From positions 1-33,995 of the forward strand of contig CAIXNQ010000266.1 of the NCBI GenBank assembly GCA_903920835.1: a stretch of DNA of 33,995 nt, in the 5' to 3' direction. The position numbers and the translations under genes are program-made. Below the pieces are notes generated by a model. It saw only the letters and a list, made by a program, of their open reading frames with translations, had not been told where the DNA came from and ran no database searches. The DNA comes from an uncultured Bacteroidota bacterium. Its GTDB lineage: Bacteria > Bacteroidota > Bacteroidia > Flavobacteriales > Flavobacteriaceae. Every line of letters begins with the position of its first letter. The first letter of the stretch is position 1. Below are positions 19,991 through 29,301 of the stretch, piece by piece.

Positions 19991-22159
19991 ATGAATAATT
20001 TTTATTTCGGCTCAAATGCCAAAAAGACTGCCAGTAAAGGCTGGTCAAAACTTTGTTTTATTAGTTTATTTTTTTATTTCAGTGCAACTTATTCGCAGGT
20101 TGCCGATTCTACCAAAGTAAATCAACTTGATGCTGTTTTGGTTTCTGCAACAAAGATTGACAACAAAACACCAATGACCTTTAGCGATTTCACTAAAAAA
20201 GAAATCGAAAAACGCAATCTGGGTCAAGACATTCCCATTTTGATGAATTTTTTGCCCTCTGTAGTCACCACTTCAGATGCCGGAAATGGTTTTGGATATA
20301 CCGGAATTAGAGTCCGTGGCAGCGATGCAACTCGGGTTAATGTAACCATCAACGGAATTCCTTATAACGATTCTGAATACAGCGGCACCTATTTTGTTGA
20401 CATGCCCGATTTTGCCTCGTCTTTAAGTTCTATTCAGTTGCAGCGCGGTGTTGGAACTTCTACAAATGGTAGCGGAGCGTTTGGTGCCAGCTTAAACTTA
20501 GTGACCCAAGAAGTTCAAAAGCAAGCCTCGGGCGAAATCAACAATAGTTTTGGGAGTTTTAATTCCCGAAAAAATACCGTCAAATTCAGCACGGGTTTGC
20601 TCAACAATCAATTTGAAATCTCTGGTAGATTGTCAGTGCTGCATTCCGATGGCTATGTTGACCGGGCTTCTTCTGATTTGAAATCCTATTTCTTACAAGG
20701 AACTTTTGTCGGCAAAACTACATTGATTAAAGCTTTGGTTTTTGGCGGATATGAACGCACTTATCAAGCTTGGACTGGCGTTGATGCCGAAACTTTAGCA
20801 TCCAACAGAACATTCAATATCAATGGAATGTACACCGATGCCAACGGAAACACTCAGTTCTACAAAAATCAAGTCGATAACTACAATCAAGACCATTATC
20901 AGCTGCACTGGAACGAGAAGATGAATGATAATTTTCATACCAATTTGGCTTTTCATTACACCAAAGGCAAAGGATATTATGAAGAATACAATCAAGCACA
21001 AGACTTTTCTGCTTATGGTTTAACGCCTATAAACATTGCTGGAACTGTAATAGACAAGACCGATTTAGTTAGAAGAAAATGGTTAGACAACGATTTTTAT
21101 GGAATTACTTTCTCTGGAAATTATGCGGTAAAAGATGTTGAATTAATTACTGGCGGTTCTTACAACAGATATGAAGGCAAGCATTTTGGCGAAGTTATTT
21201 GGGCACAATATGCTTCAAATCTTCAAAACACCGATCATTATTATGATTATTTCGGAAACAAAAATGATTTGAACTTGTTCTCTAAAATAAACTATTTGAT
21301 ATCGAAAAAACTCTCTGTTTATGGCGATTTGCAGTATCGATTGGTCAATTATCAAGCCAATGGTGTTTATGATAACGAAGTGAGTCAAAACTTCCGTTTC
21401 TTGAATCCAAAAGGCGGATTGACCTATTCGTGGACCAAAAAACAACAGCTCTATTTTTCTTATGCCAAAGCCAATCGCGAACCCAACCGAACCGATTTTG
21501 AAGCCGGAAGTCCAAGACCTGAAAAACTCGACGATTATGAGTTAGGCTGGCGTTATGCAGGAACTAAAACCCAACTGTCAATCAACGGATATGCCATGAT
21601 ATATCACGATCAACTTGTGTTGACTGGGGCTTTAGATGATGTTGGAAATCCAATCAGAAAAAATGCGGGCGAAAGTTATAGAATTGGTGTTGAGGTTGAA
21701 GCTGGTTTTAAGATTGGAACTAAATTAAGCATAAAACCCAATATTGCAGTTAGCGAAAATAAAAACAAAAACTATTTCTCTCCAGAAGCAAGTGATTTAA
21801 TCAATAAAGGAAACACGACTATTGCTTACTCGCCAAAATTGATTGCAGGAAATATTATAACAGTTCAACCGATAAATGGTTTGCAGTTGAACTGGCTGTC
21901 AAAGTTTGTAGGCAGTCAATATCTTTCAAATATTGAAGATGAGAATGCTGTTTTAAAGGATTATTTTATTCAAGATTTCAATTTGATTTATGAGTTCAAA
22001 CCCAAAAAAGTTTTCCAGTCGATAGCGTTTACGGGACTTGTCAATAATGTTTTTGATAAAAAATACGTTTCTAATGGTAACGACTATGGCGGTGGATACG
22101 TTTATTATTTTCCACAGGCAGGAATTAATTTTCTTGTAGGATTGAATTTAAAGTTCTAA
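19991..22159 (+). CDS. TonB-dependent receptor, probably for thiamine
   Basis: LDAVLVSA TonB box, plug motifs IRVRG and QRGVGTS, C-terminal LNLKF; TPP riboswitch upstream. Confidence 0.9.
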   Translation: MNNFYFGSNAKKTASKGWSKLCFISLFFYFSATYSQVADSTKVNQLDAVLVSATKIDNKTPMTFSDFTKKEIEKRNLGQDIPILMNFLPSVVTTSDAGNGFGYTGIRVRGSDATRVNVTINGIPYNDSEYSGTYFVDMPDFASSLSSIQLQRGVGTSTNGSGAFGASLNLVTQEVQKQASGEINNSFGSFNSRKNTVKFSTGLLNNQFEISGRLSVLHSDGYVDRASSDLKSYFLQGTFVGKTTLIKALVFGGYERTYQAWTGVDAETLASNRTFNINGMYTDANGNTQFYKNQVDNYNQDHYQLHWNEKMNDNFHTNLAFHYTKGKGYYEEYNQAQDFSAYGLTPINIAGTVIDKTDLVRRKWLDNDFYGITFSGNYAVKDVELITGGSYNRYEGKHFGEVIWAQYASNLQNTDHYYDYFGNKNDLNLFSKINYLISKKLSVYGDLQYRLVNYQANGVYDNEVSQNFRFLNPKGGLTYSWTKKQQLYFSYAKANREPNRTDFEAGSPRPEKLDDYELGWRYAGTKTQLSINGYAMIYHDQLVLTGALDDVGNPIRKNAGESYRIGVEVEAGFKIGTKLSIKPNIAVSENKNKNYFSPEASDLINKGNTTIAYSPKLIAGNIITVQPINGLQLNWLSKFVGSQYLSNIEDENAVLKDYFIQDFNLIYEFKPKKVFQSIAFTGLVNNVFDKKYVSNGNDYGGGYVYYFPQAGINFLVGLNLKF

Positions 22160-22180
22160 ACTTTTTCATCAATAAATATT

Positions 22181-22209
22181 AAAAGCCTTGCTCAAGCAAG
22201 GCTTTTTTT
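22181..22209 (+). terminator. Intrinsic terminator
   Basis: AAAAGCCTTGCT-CA-AGCAAGGCTTTTTTT. Confidence 0.9.
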
Positions 22210-22309
22210 GCTTTGTATTCGTCATAAAATTATTGCAAATCAAAATAGTAATCAAAAGAACATTGTTTTTAAATTCATAAAATTATATTTGTTCTAAATT
22301 CAAAATACT

Positions 22310-22738
22310 ATGAAATCAAAAAAAAATTGGCACGAGGAACATGCCGACAATTTAAGTTTCGGCAGCAGGCTTGCAGATAGCGTAGCCACAGGCATGGGGT
22401 CTTGGCGGTTTATCATTATTCAGTCTGTTTTTGTTTTAATCTGGATGGGGCTAAATATCGTTGCCTATTGCTATCATTGGGATCCATATCCTTTTATTTT
22501 GCTGAACCTTTTGTTCTCTACTCAGGCGGCTTATGCTGCACCGATAATCATGATGGCACAAAACCGTCAAAACGAGCGCGACCGAATGCACGCCGAAGCA
22601 GACTATCAAACCAATATTGAAGCTAAATTAGAAATTGAAGCACTTACCGTTAAGCTCAACAAACTAGAAACCGAAAAGCTGGACAAGATTATCGAAATGC
22701 TTCACAATATGAAATCTGACAATCAAACTAACAATTAA
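22310..22738 (+). CDS. DUF1003 membrane protein
   Basis: GSWRFII, DPYPFILLNL, AAPIIMMAQNRQ motifs. Confidence 0.92.
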   Translation: MKSKKNWHEEHADNLSFGSRLADSVATGMGSWRFIIIQSVFVLIWMGLNIVAYCYHWDPYPFILLNLLFSTQAAYAAPIIMMAQNRQNERDRMHAEADYQTNIEAKLEIEALTVKLNKLETEKLDKIIEMLHNMKSDNQTNN

Positions 22739-22748
22739 TTATTATAAA

Positions 22749-24137
22749 ATGAAGCAATCAATTTTACTATTAGTGAGCCTAATGACGCTAACGAATATTC
22801 ACGCACAAGACATCACTGGGCAATGGAACGGCGTTTTGAAAATTCAAGGCACGCAACTTCGGTTGGTGTTTAACATCAGCAAGTCGGAGCAAGGATATTC
22901 GGCAACTATGGACAGCCCCGACCAAGGCGCAAAGAACATTCCGGTTACCTCAACCACTTTTGAAAACGGAAATCTAAAACTGTCAATTGCAAAAATCAAT
23001 ATGGAATATGAAGGCACTTTCAACAACGGAAGCACCGTTATTGCTGGAACTTTCAAGCAAGGCGGAATGTCTTTTCCGATGAATCTAATGCGCGAGAAAA
23101 TCGAAAAAGAAAAACGAAACAGACCCCAAGAACCAACCCTTCCGTATCCTTATAAATCTGAAGACGTCACTTTTGAAAACAAAAAAGCAGCGATTACACT
23201 GGCTGGAACACTAACTATGCCAAACCCAGCGGGCGTTTATCCAACCGTTGTTTTAATCTCTGGGAGTGGTCCACAAAATCGCGACGAAGAACTTTTGGGT
23301 CACAAACCTTTCTTGGTACTTTCTGATTATTTAACCCGAAACGGCATTGCGGTTTTAAGAGTTGACGACCGTGGCACAGCCCAATCTAAAGGCGATTTCA
23401 AGTCAGCGACCAGTCAAGATTTTGCAACAGATGTTGATGCTGCAGTGGCGTATTTAAAAACCAGAAAAGAAGTCAACCAAAAACAAATTGGCTTAATCGG
23501 ACACAGCGAAGGCGGCATCATTGCCCCGATGGTTGCAGCAAATTCTAAAGACATTGCGTTTATTGTGCTCTTGGCTGGCGTAGGAATTCCAGGCGATGAA
23601 CTGCTGTTAATGCAGCAAAAGCTCGTAGGAAAAGCAACTGGAATTAGCGATCAAGATTTACAAAAAAGCGAAGAAGCCAACAAAAAGATATTTGAATTGG
23701 TGAAAAAATCTACTTCGGTAGTGGAATTAAAAGCAACGATTACCAGTTTTATCAAGCAAGAATTAAAAGAACATCCAGACGAATCAATGAATGACGATAT
23801 GGTTAATGGGCAAGTAAATTATATCGCCACGCCATGGATGCGCTATTTCATTTCATACAATCCGGCGCTTGCTTTACAGAAAACAACCTGTCCAGTCCTG
23901 GCATTAAACGGCGAAAAAGACCTTCAAGTTCCCGCCAAAGAAAACCTAGAAGCCATTAAAAACGCTCTCAACAAAGGTGGAAACAAAAAAGTTACTACCA
24001 AACAATTTCCAAACCTGAATCATTTGTTTCAAGAATGCAAAACAGGTTCGCCCGAAGAATATTCCACCATCGAACAAACAATTTCGCCAGAAGTGCTGAA
24101 AGAAATCGCAGATTGGATAATGAGTCATAAGTCTTAA
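22749..24137 (+). CDS. Exported alpha/beta hydrolase (serine peptidase/esterase-like)
   Basis: GSGPQNRDE, GHSEG nucleophile, GEKDLQV, LNHLF; signal peptide. Confidence 0.9.
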   Translation: MKQSILLLVSLMTLTNIHAQDITGQWNGVLKIQGTQLRLVFNISKSEQGYSATMDSPDQGAKNIPVTSTTFENGNLKLSIAKINMEYEGTFNNGSTVIAGTFKQGGMSFPMNLMREKIEKEKRNRPQEPTLPYPYKSEDVTFENKKAAITLAGTLTMPNPAGVYPTVVLISGSGPQNRDEELLGHKPFLVLSDYLTRNGIAVLRVDDRGTAQSKGDFKSATSQDFATDVDAAVAYLKTRKEVNQKQIGLIGHSEGGIIAPMVAANSKDIAFIVLLAGVGIPGDELLLMQQKLVGKATGISDQDLQKSEEANKKIFELVKKSTSVVELKATITSFIKQELKEHPDESMNDDMVNGQVNYIATPWMRYFISYNPALALQKTTCPVLALNGEKDLQVPAKENLEAIKNALNKGGNKKVTTKQFPNLNHLFQECKTGSPEEYSTIEQTISPEVLKEIADWIMSHKS

Positions 24138-24334
24138 AGTTGAAAGTTAGCTTGCTATGAGAGGGCTTATGGAACTTGTATTTGAAGATAAAATTACAAC
24201 GCTAAATTATAATTATAACAATTTTAACCCTAAGGTTTTTGAGATAGAAATCGACTAGCAACTAATTGAAGAAAAGAGCAAGGTTGATATGACAATTGTT
24301 GTAGTCATTTAATTCTAAACCTAAAATCATAAAT

Positions 24335-24373
24335 AAAATGTCCCCAAAAGTTAATTACTTTTGAGGACAATTT
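24335..24373. terminator. Probable terminator between convergent genes
   Basis: TGTCCCCAAAAGT/ACTTTTGAGGACA stem. Confidence 0.65.
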
Positions 24374-24406
24374 ATTTGAGCATTTTTCTATTTTACATTA
24401 TTCTGT

Positions 24407-24856
24407 TTAGTAAGTAAGATCAAAACTTCCTCCTGTTAATGTAATCGTTCCTGAATTACTGTTTATAACAGGACCGTTGAAAGTTCCCTTTAATGAACCG
24501 TTGCTGTGACTAGAACAAGTACTAACAAAGTTAACGTCGTCTTTATTGTAATCAACACCAGCTTTTGTATAGGTAAAAGACAGTAAATAAGTTGCTGCTG
24601 ATTGTTCAGATGCTGTAAAATGAATTTTTTCTATTTCATTAACACCTTTTGCAGTTCCAATAGTAGCATCTACGGTAATGACACTTGATGAAGGGGATTT
24701 AACTACTGTTGCGCTAAAAGTTTTTGCAACTCCCCCAATATTGAAAGTAACAATTTTGCTTGAAGAAGGCACTGGATTTGATTCACTAGTACTGCTTTTC
24801 GAACAAGAAGACAGAGAGGCAACAAATACAAACATTGTAAATAACACTTTTTTCAT
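24407..24856 (-). CDS. Hypothetical beta-rich lipoprotein
   Basis: LSSC lipobox, Ser-rich linker, KGTFNG...ITLTGGSF C-terminus. Confidence 0.75.
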   Translation of the reverse strand: MKKVLFTMFVFVASLSSCSKSSTSESNPVPSSSKIVTFNIGGVAKTFSATVVKSPSSSVITVDATIGTAKGVNEIEKIHFTASEQSAATYLLSFTYTKAGVDYNKDDVNFVSTCSSHSNGSLKGTFNGPVINSNSGTITLTGGSFDLTY

Positions 24857-25036
24857 TTTTTTTTGTTTTAAAATTAGTCACAATTATACAAATTATTTGT
24901 ATAACAAACAAAATTTAACGTTAAAATTAAACGAATTGATTAAATCATCGAAAAAATCAGATAGTACGCATCTTGCTAGTGCCCTAATAATATAGACAAA
25001 ACCAACTTTAAGTTTTTTTATCCTCCGTCAACAATC

Positions 25037-25078
25037 AAAAAAAATCCCAACCTAAACATTCATCAGGTTGGGATTTTT
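25037..25078 (-). terminator. Intrinsic terminator after the 123-aa gene
   Basis: AAAAATCCCAACCT/AGGTTGGGATTTTT stem, T8 on minus strand. Confidence 0.85.
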
Positions 25079-25095
25079 CATTCTGTCGGCGTTTG

Positions 25096-25467
25096 TTATT
25101 CTTTTTTCTTAGCTGTTGGGGTGTCATTCACCGTAAAACCCCAATCGCCCATCCGCTTCATGTTGCTGCGCATCACGCCAGTCAACAAATCACGGCTAGC
25201 AATAACCGCATCTTTCACTGGAGCCAGCAATAAATCACGGTCTCTGTAGGCCTTTTCCATTTGCAATTTCAAAGTTTCGGCTTCGCTATGTTTTGCTTTT
25301 GCCAATGCAATTTTGGGCCCTTCTACTGCCCAATTTTGGTCTTCAAGACTGTTCAACACACTCGATGCACCGTCGGCAGTATGCTTTGCATAAACATCGT
25401 CTGCCAAATCCAACAAATCTGCTGGTGCTGTCTGAATAACAACTCTCATTTTTTTTCCTAGTGCCAT
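25096..25467 (-). CDS. Hypothetical small helical protein with C-terminal GDWGF motif
   Basis: Protein-like composition, A-rich leader, own promoter box and terminator. Confidence 0.8.
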   Translation of the reverse strand: MALGKKMRVVIQTAPADLLDLADDVYAKHTADGASSVLNSLEDQNWAVEGPKIALAKAKHSEAETLKLQMEKAYRDRDLLLAPVKDAVIASRDLLTGVMRSNMKRMGDWGFTVNDTPTAKKKE

Positions 25468-25500
25468 AATATTTATTTTTAATAGTTATTAAATAGAAAA

Positions 25501-25508
25501 CAAAGCTA
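25501..25508 (-). promoter_or_regulatory. -7 promoter box for the 123-aa gene
   Basis: TAGCTTTG on minus strand, 33 nt before ATG. Confidence 0.5.
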
Positions 25509-25660
25509 TAAAATTTGAAAATAAAAGTCAATAGCAAATGGCAATTTTTTTGAAATTTTAACACTTTGGGCGCAATTTAATGCCTAAATCACCAAAATTA
25601 AAAACAGATATTATAAATCTAAACAGCAATATTATTTATTAAAACACAAAAATGCCAATC

Positions 25661-25849
25661 TTGTGTTTAAATTTGCCAGATTTGTGTTTAAATCTACCAT
25701 TTTTATACTTAAATCTGCCACTTTTGTATTTGAATCTGGCAGATTTGTATTTAAATGTGGCAGATTTGTGTTTAAATGTGGCACATTTGTGTTTGAATTT
25801 GACAGATTTGTATTTGAATTTGGCACATTTGTATTTGAATCTGGCATTT
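25661..25849. repeat. Tandem array, 9 x 21 bp (consensus TTGTRTTTRAATBTGGCAGAT)
   Basis: Nine in-register degenerate units with no indels. Confidence 0.95.
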
Positions 25850-25938
25850 TTGTAAATAAAAAAGGGAGTAGTCATCAGATTGTGTAAACTATTTATTCAA
25901 CAATACCAAAATCGACTAAAATCAAATTCGATTATTTA

Positions 25939-26001
25939 TAATCAAAAACCGCTGATTCTAGTTGGTTAATATTTAAAATAAAAGAATAACCGAACTCAGG
26001 T
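25939..26001. repeat. Short dispersed element ending CGAACTCAGGT; possible IS982-like terminal remnant
   Basis: Related to 3596-3646; no transposase nearby. Confidence 0.4.
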
Positions 26002-26175
26002 TTGAAAATTAATTTGATCGAATAGCATTGCGCTCAATAGGTCCACTCAAGAAAACAAAAAAGCCCAAATGAATTTGAACACCAACCAAATGAAAGGGAA
26101 TTGTAAGGGATATTTATTTTTTCTTTTTTCTATATTTGTTTCCTAAAAATTAGTAATTATAATAAATGCACTATT

Positions 26176-27471
26176 TTGATTTATAGAATTCAATCCACTA
26201 TTTTATGTCTCTTTTTATTTATGAGCCCTATTCAATCACAAAAAATAACTAATAATAAGAACGATGATTGTATCGATTGGTATGAGCATTTGCACCAAAA
26301 TCCGGAATTAAGCACTCAAGAAATTGCAACTTCTAATTATTTAAAGAACAAAGTAAGTGCTATGGGGTATGCCATTATTGATTCTTTGGGTTTTTATAGT
26401 TTTGCCGCTGTTTTGCGTAATGGAAAAGGTCCAACTTTGTTATACAGAACAGATATGGATGCTTTGCCTATAAAAGAAGCAACAGGATGGTCTATTGCTA
26501 GTTCTAAAACAAGCTTGAAAGAAAATATAGCCACCCCCGTAATGCATGCTTGTGGTCATGACATCCACATGAGTACTTGGCTTAATGTAGCTAGAGAAAT
26601 GTCGCTGTCAAAAAACAAATGGAGCGGAACTTTAGTCCTTGTTGCGCAATCTGCAGAAGAAATAGGCAAAGGGGCTAAAGGCATTTTCAATTCAGAAAAT
26701 TGGAATCATGTGCCTAAGCCAGATGTTCAATTGGCATTTCATAGCAATCCTAACTTAGAAGTAGGACAATTAGGCTTTTGTGACGGATATGCTATGGCAG
26801 CTGTTGATATGATGAACATCACAATATTTGGCAAAGGCGGACATGGTGCAGAACCTCAAAAAACGATTGATCCTATTCTTTTATCGGCACAATTCATAAC
26901 CGAAATACAAACCATTGTGAGTAGAAACTTGTCGCCAAATGACCCGGCAGTAATAACTGTTGGAGCTATAAATGGCGGTACTATCGGCAATGTTATTCCT
27001 AATGAAGTAGTTTTAAAACTTACTATCCGAACGTATGCTGCAGAAAGTAGGGATTTAGTGTTGGGCCGTATAAAAACCATAGGAGATCAGTTAGCTTTAG
27101 CAGCAGGTTTGGATGCAAATAGGTTACCTAAATACGAACTTTTAGACATGTCAATTCCACCCGTATTTAATTCGGTTTCTTTAGGCAAATCTTTAAAAGA
27201 ACATTTAAGTACTTCCTTTGCCATTGTTCCTGTTCCCCCAACCATGATTGGAGAAGATTTTGGAATATATAGCCAACAGAATACTATTCCCAGCTATTTA
27301 ATATGGTTAGGCGTGTTAAGCAAAACCCAATTAAAAAACTATCAGCAAGATAGTTTAGGAATTCCTTCTCTTCATAGTTCTAGGTTTGCTCCTGATTATA
27401 AGAATGCAATCCCTAAAGGAACCGAGGCCATGGTTGGCAGTTTGCTCTATTTATTCAAAAATAAAATATAA
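26176..27471 (+). CDS. M20D amidohydrolase (hippurate hydrolase-like), probably exported; start uncertain
   Basis: LHQNPELS, RTDMDALP, MHACGHD, AEE, GGHG, GEDF, LHS motifs. Confidence 0.93.
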   Translation: MIYRIQSTILCLFLFMSPIQSQKITNNKNDDCIDWYEHLHQNPELSTQEIATSNYLKNKVSAMGYAIIDSLGFYSFAAVLRNGKGPTLLYRTDMDALPIKEATGWSIASSKTSLKENIATPVMHACGHDIHMSTWLNVAREMSLSKNKWSGTLVLVAQSAEEIGKGAKGIFNSENWNHVPKPDVQLAFHSNPNLEVGQLGFCDGYAMAAVDMMNITIFGKGGHGAEPQKTIDPILLSAQFITEIQTIVSRNLSPNDPAVITVGAINGGTIGNVIPNEVVLKLTIRTYAAESRDLVLGRIKTIGDQLALAAGLDANRLPKYELLDMSIPPVFNSVSLGKSLKEHLSTSFAIVPVPPTMIGEDFGIYSQQNTIPSYLIWLGVLSKTQLKNYQQDSLGIPSLHSSRFAPDYKNAIPKGTEAMVGSLLYLFKNKI

Positions 27472-28337
27472 TGGATTTGAATTCAAAAGAATATACTTTT
27501 AGATCATTAAGTTTCGAGGAGTTTCAAATTTTAGTGAGTTGGGCTGCAAAAGAAGGCTGGAACCCAGGCATAGAAGATGCCAATATATTTTGGAATACAG
27601 ATCCTGATGGGTATATGGGTTGTTTTTATAAAAATGAACTTATCGCAGGAGGATCAATAGTTTCTTATGATGGATTATTTGGATTTATGGGTTTTTTTAT
27701 AGTGTGCCCTGACTATAGAGGTAATGGCATTGGTGAAAAACTTTGGTTACAGAGAAGAGATAAATTACTAAATCGGCTACAAAAAGGAGCTGCCATTGGA
27801 ATGGATGGGGTAGTAGCTATGCAACCCTTTTACAAAAAAGGAGGATTTGAAATTGCCTTTCGTGATGAGCGTTATGAACTTGTTGGAGCTAAATTTGAAT
27901 TGAATCCCAACATTCATAGTATAAAACAGACCGATTTTGAAGCAGTTCAAGAATTTGATACTACTTGTTTTGGATTTCATAGAACTACGTTTTTAACTCA
28001 ATGGCTTTTCTCGCCCAACGCTAAAGCCTTTTTATATAAAGAAAATAATGACTTCTTTGGTTACGCAGTAATAAGAAAATGCATTAATGGATATAAAATA
28101 GGACCTTTATTTGCTTTGAATGAACATGTAGCTCAATCTCTTTTGGAATGTTGTTTAAATAGCGCTGTAGATGAAGTTGTATTTATAGATATTCCTTGCA
28201 GTAATGCGCAAGCACTGCAAATGGTTAAAGATTATAACGCTAGTTATGTCTTTGAATGCGCAAGAATGTATTATGGAAATCCACCTAAAACAATGTCTGA
28301 TAGAATATTTGGAATAACCAGTTTTGAATTAGGATAA
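27471..28337 (+). CDS. Tandem GNAT N-acetyltransferase (YitH/HolE-like)
   Basis: EGWNPG, YRGNGIG CoA-binding motif, KIGPLFA, C-terminal FELG; start overlaps upstream stop. Confidence 0.88.
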   Translation: MDLNSKEYTFRSLSFEEFQILVSWAAKEGWNPGIEDANIFWNTDPDGYMGCFYKNELIAGGSIVSYDGLFGFMGFFIVCPDYRGNGIGEKLWLQRRDKLLNRLQKGAAIGMDGVVAMQPFYKKGGFEIAFRDERYELVGAKFELNPNIHSIKQTDFEAVQEFDTTCFGFHRTTFLTQWLFSPNAKAFLYKENNDFFGYAVIRKCINGYKIGPLFALNEHVAQSLLECCLNSAVDEVVFIDIPCSNAQALQMVKDYNASYVFECARMYYGNPPKTMSDRIFGITSFELG

Positions 28338-28415
28338 TAGGTCGCCAACTTTCAACGATTCCTTTTTTAAAAAAGCGACTTATAATTAATAATAAACGAA
28401 TTAAAAAATTATTTG

Positions 28416-29183
28416 ATGACTTTAGACATTTATGCGATATGCCTTTTTTTGTTTAGTGGACTTCTGAGTGGATTAATGAATACGCTTGCCAGCAGCGGAT
28501 CAGCAATTACATTGCCTGTAATGATTTTTTTTGGTGTTCCTCCATCAGTTGCTAATGCTACAAACAGGTTGCCAATATTAGTTGGGTCAACAATATCAGT
28601 ATATAATTTTCAACGATCAAAAGATATTATTTGGTCAAAAACGTTATTGATTTCCATTCCCTTATTTTTCGGTGTAATCGTCGGTTCCGTATGTACTGAA
28701 TTTATTGATTCAACGAAACTGCAATGGGTGCTTTTAGTAGCAATGTTATTTTCATTTGTACTGATCATCACAAATTCAAGGAAAATTTTGAAAGGTAGAA
28801 GCCTTATCAAAACAAATATATCTATTAAGAACCATATCGTTTTTTTTCTGATTGGAATTTGGGCTGGACTGATTGTCTTAGATTCTGCCATATTAATCTT
28901 GTTCGAATTAATCCTTGCCTGCGGCTTTGATTTAACAAAAGCAAATCCCATTAAAAATTTTCTTTTGATAATAATAAGCTTAGTTTCTTTGCTAATCTTT
29001 GCTTACAATGGATTAATCAATTGGCAAATTGGCTTAGTAATGTCTGTTGGAAGTTTTTTTGGGGGCTATTGGGGAAGCAAAATTGCACATTTAGAATATG
29101 TTAAAAGATGGATATATCGAATTTTGATAGGTATTATCACATTTGAAATCATAACTTTAGTAATAAAATTATTTTTTAGTTAA
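28416..29183 (+). CDS. TauE/SafE sulfite exporter family membrane protein
   Basis: NTLASSGSAITLP, ANATNR motifs; multiple TM helices. Confidence 0.85.
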   Translation: MTLDIYAICLFLFSGLLSGLMNTLASSGSAITLPVMIFFGVPPSVANATNRLPILVGSTISVYNFQRSKDIIWSKTLLISIPLFFGVIVGSVCTEFIDSTKLQWVLLVAMLFSFVLIITNSRKILKGRSLIKTNISIKNHIVFFLIGIWAGLIVLDSAILILFELILACGFDLTKANPIKNFLLIIISLVSLLIFAYNGLINWQIGLVMSVGSFFGGYWGSKIAHLEYVKRWIYRILIGIITFEIITLVIKLFFS

Positions 29184-29242
29184 TTGATTGTTTTAAATCC
29201 AATACTTAACGAATTCTTTATTTTTGGTGTGCTGACAGTTAT

Positions 29243-29301
29243 AAAACAAAAAAGCCTTTACAGAAATGTAAAGGCTTTTCTTTAGTAGCTCCCCCTGTTG
29301 G
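29243..29301 (-). mobile_element. Degenerate att remnant: tRNA-Asn extreme 3' end plus its terminator
   Basis: Direct repeat of 31621-31678 sharing TGTAAAGGCTTTTCTTTAGTAGCTCCC; hairpin can also terminate the TauE gene. Confidence 0.8.

Noticed and set aside
3576-26033. Shared 11-mer TAGCATTGCGC at 3576-3586 and 26023-26033 as a target-site duplication
   Set aside because: 22 kb apart with core genes between; chance cannot be excluded
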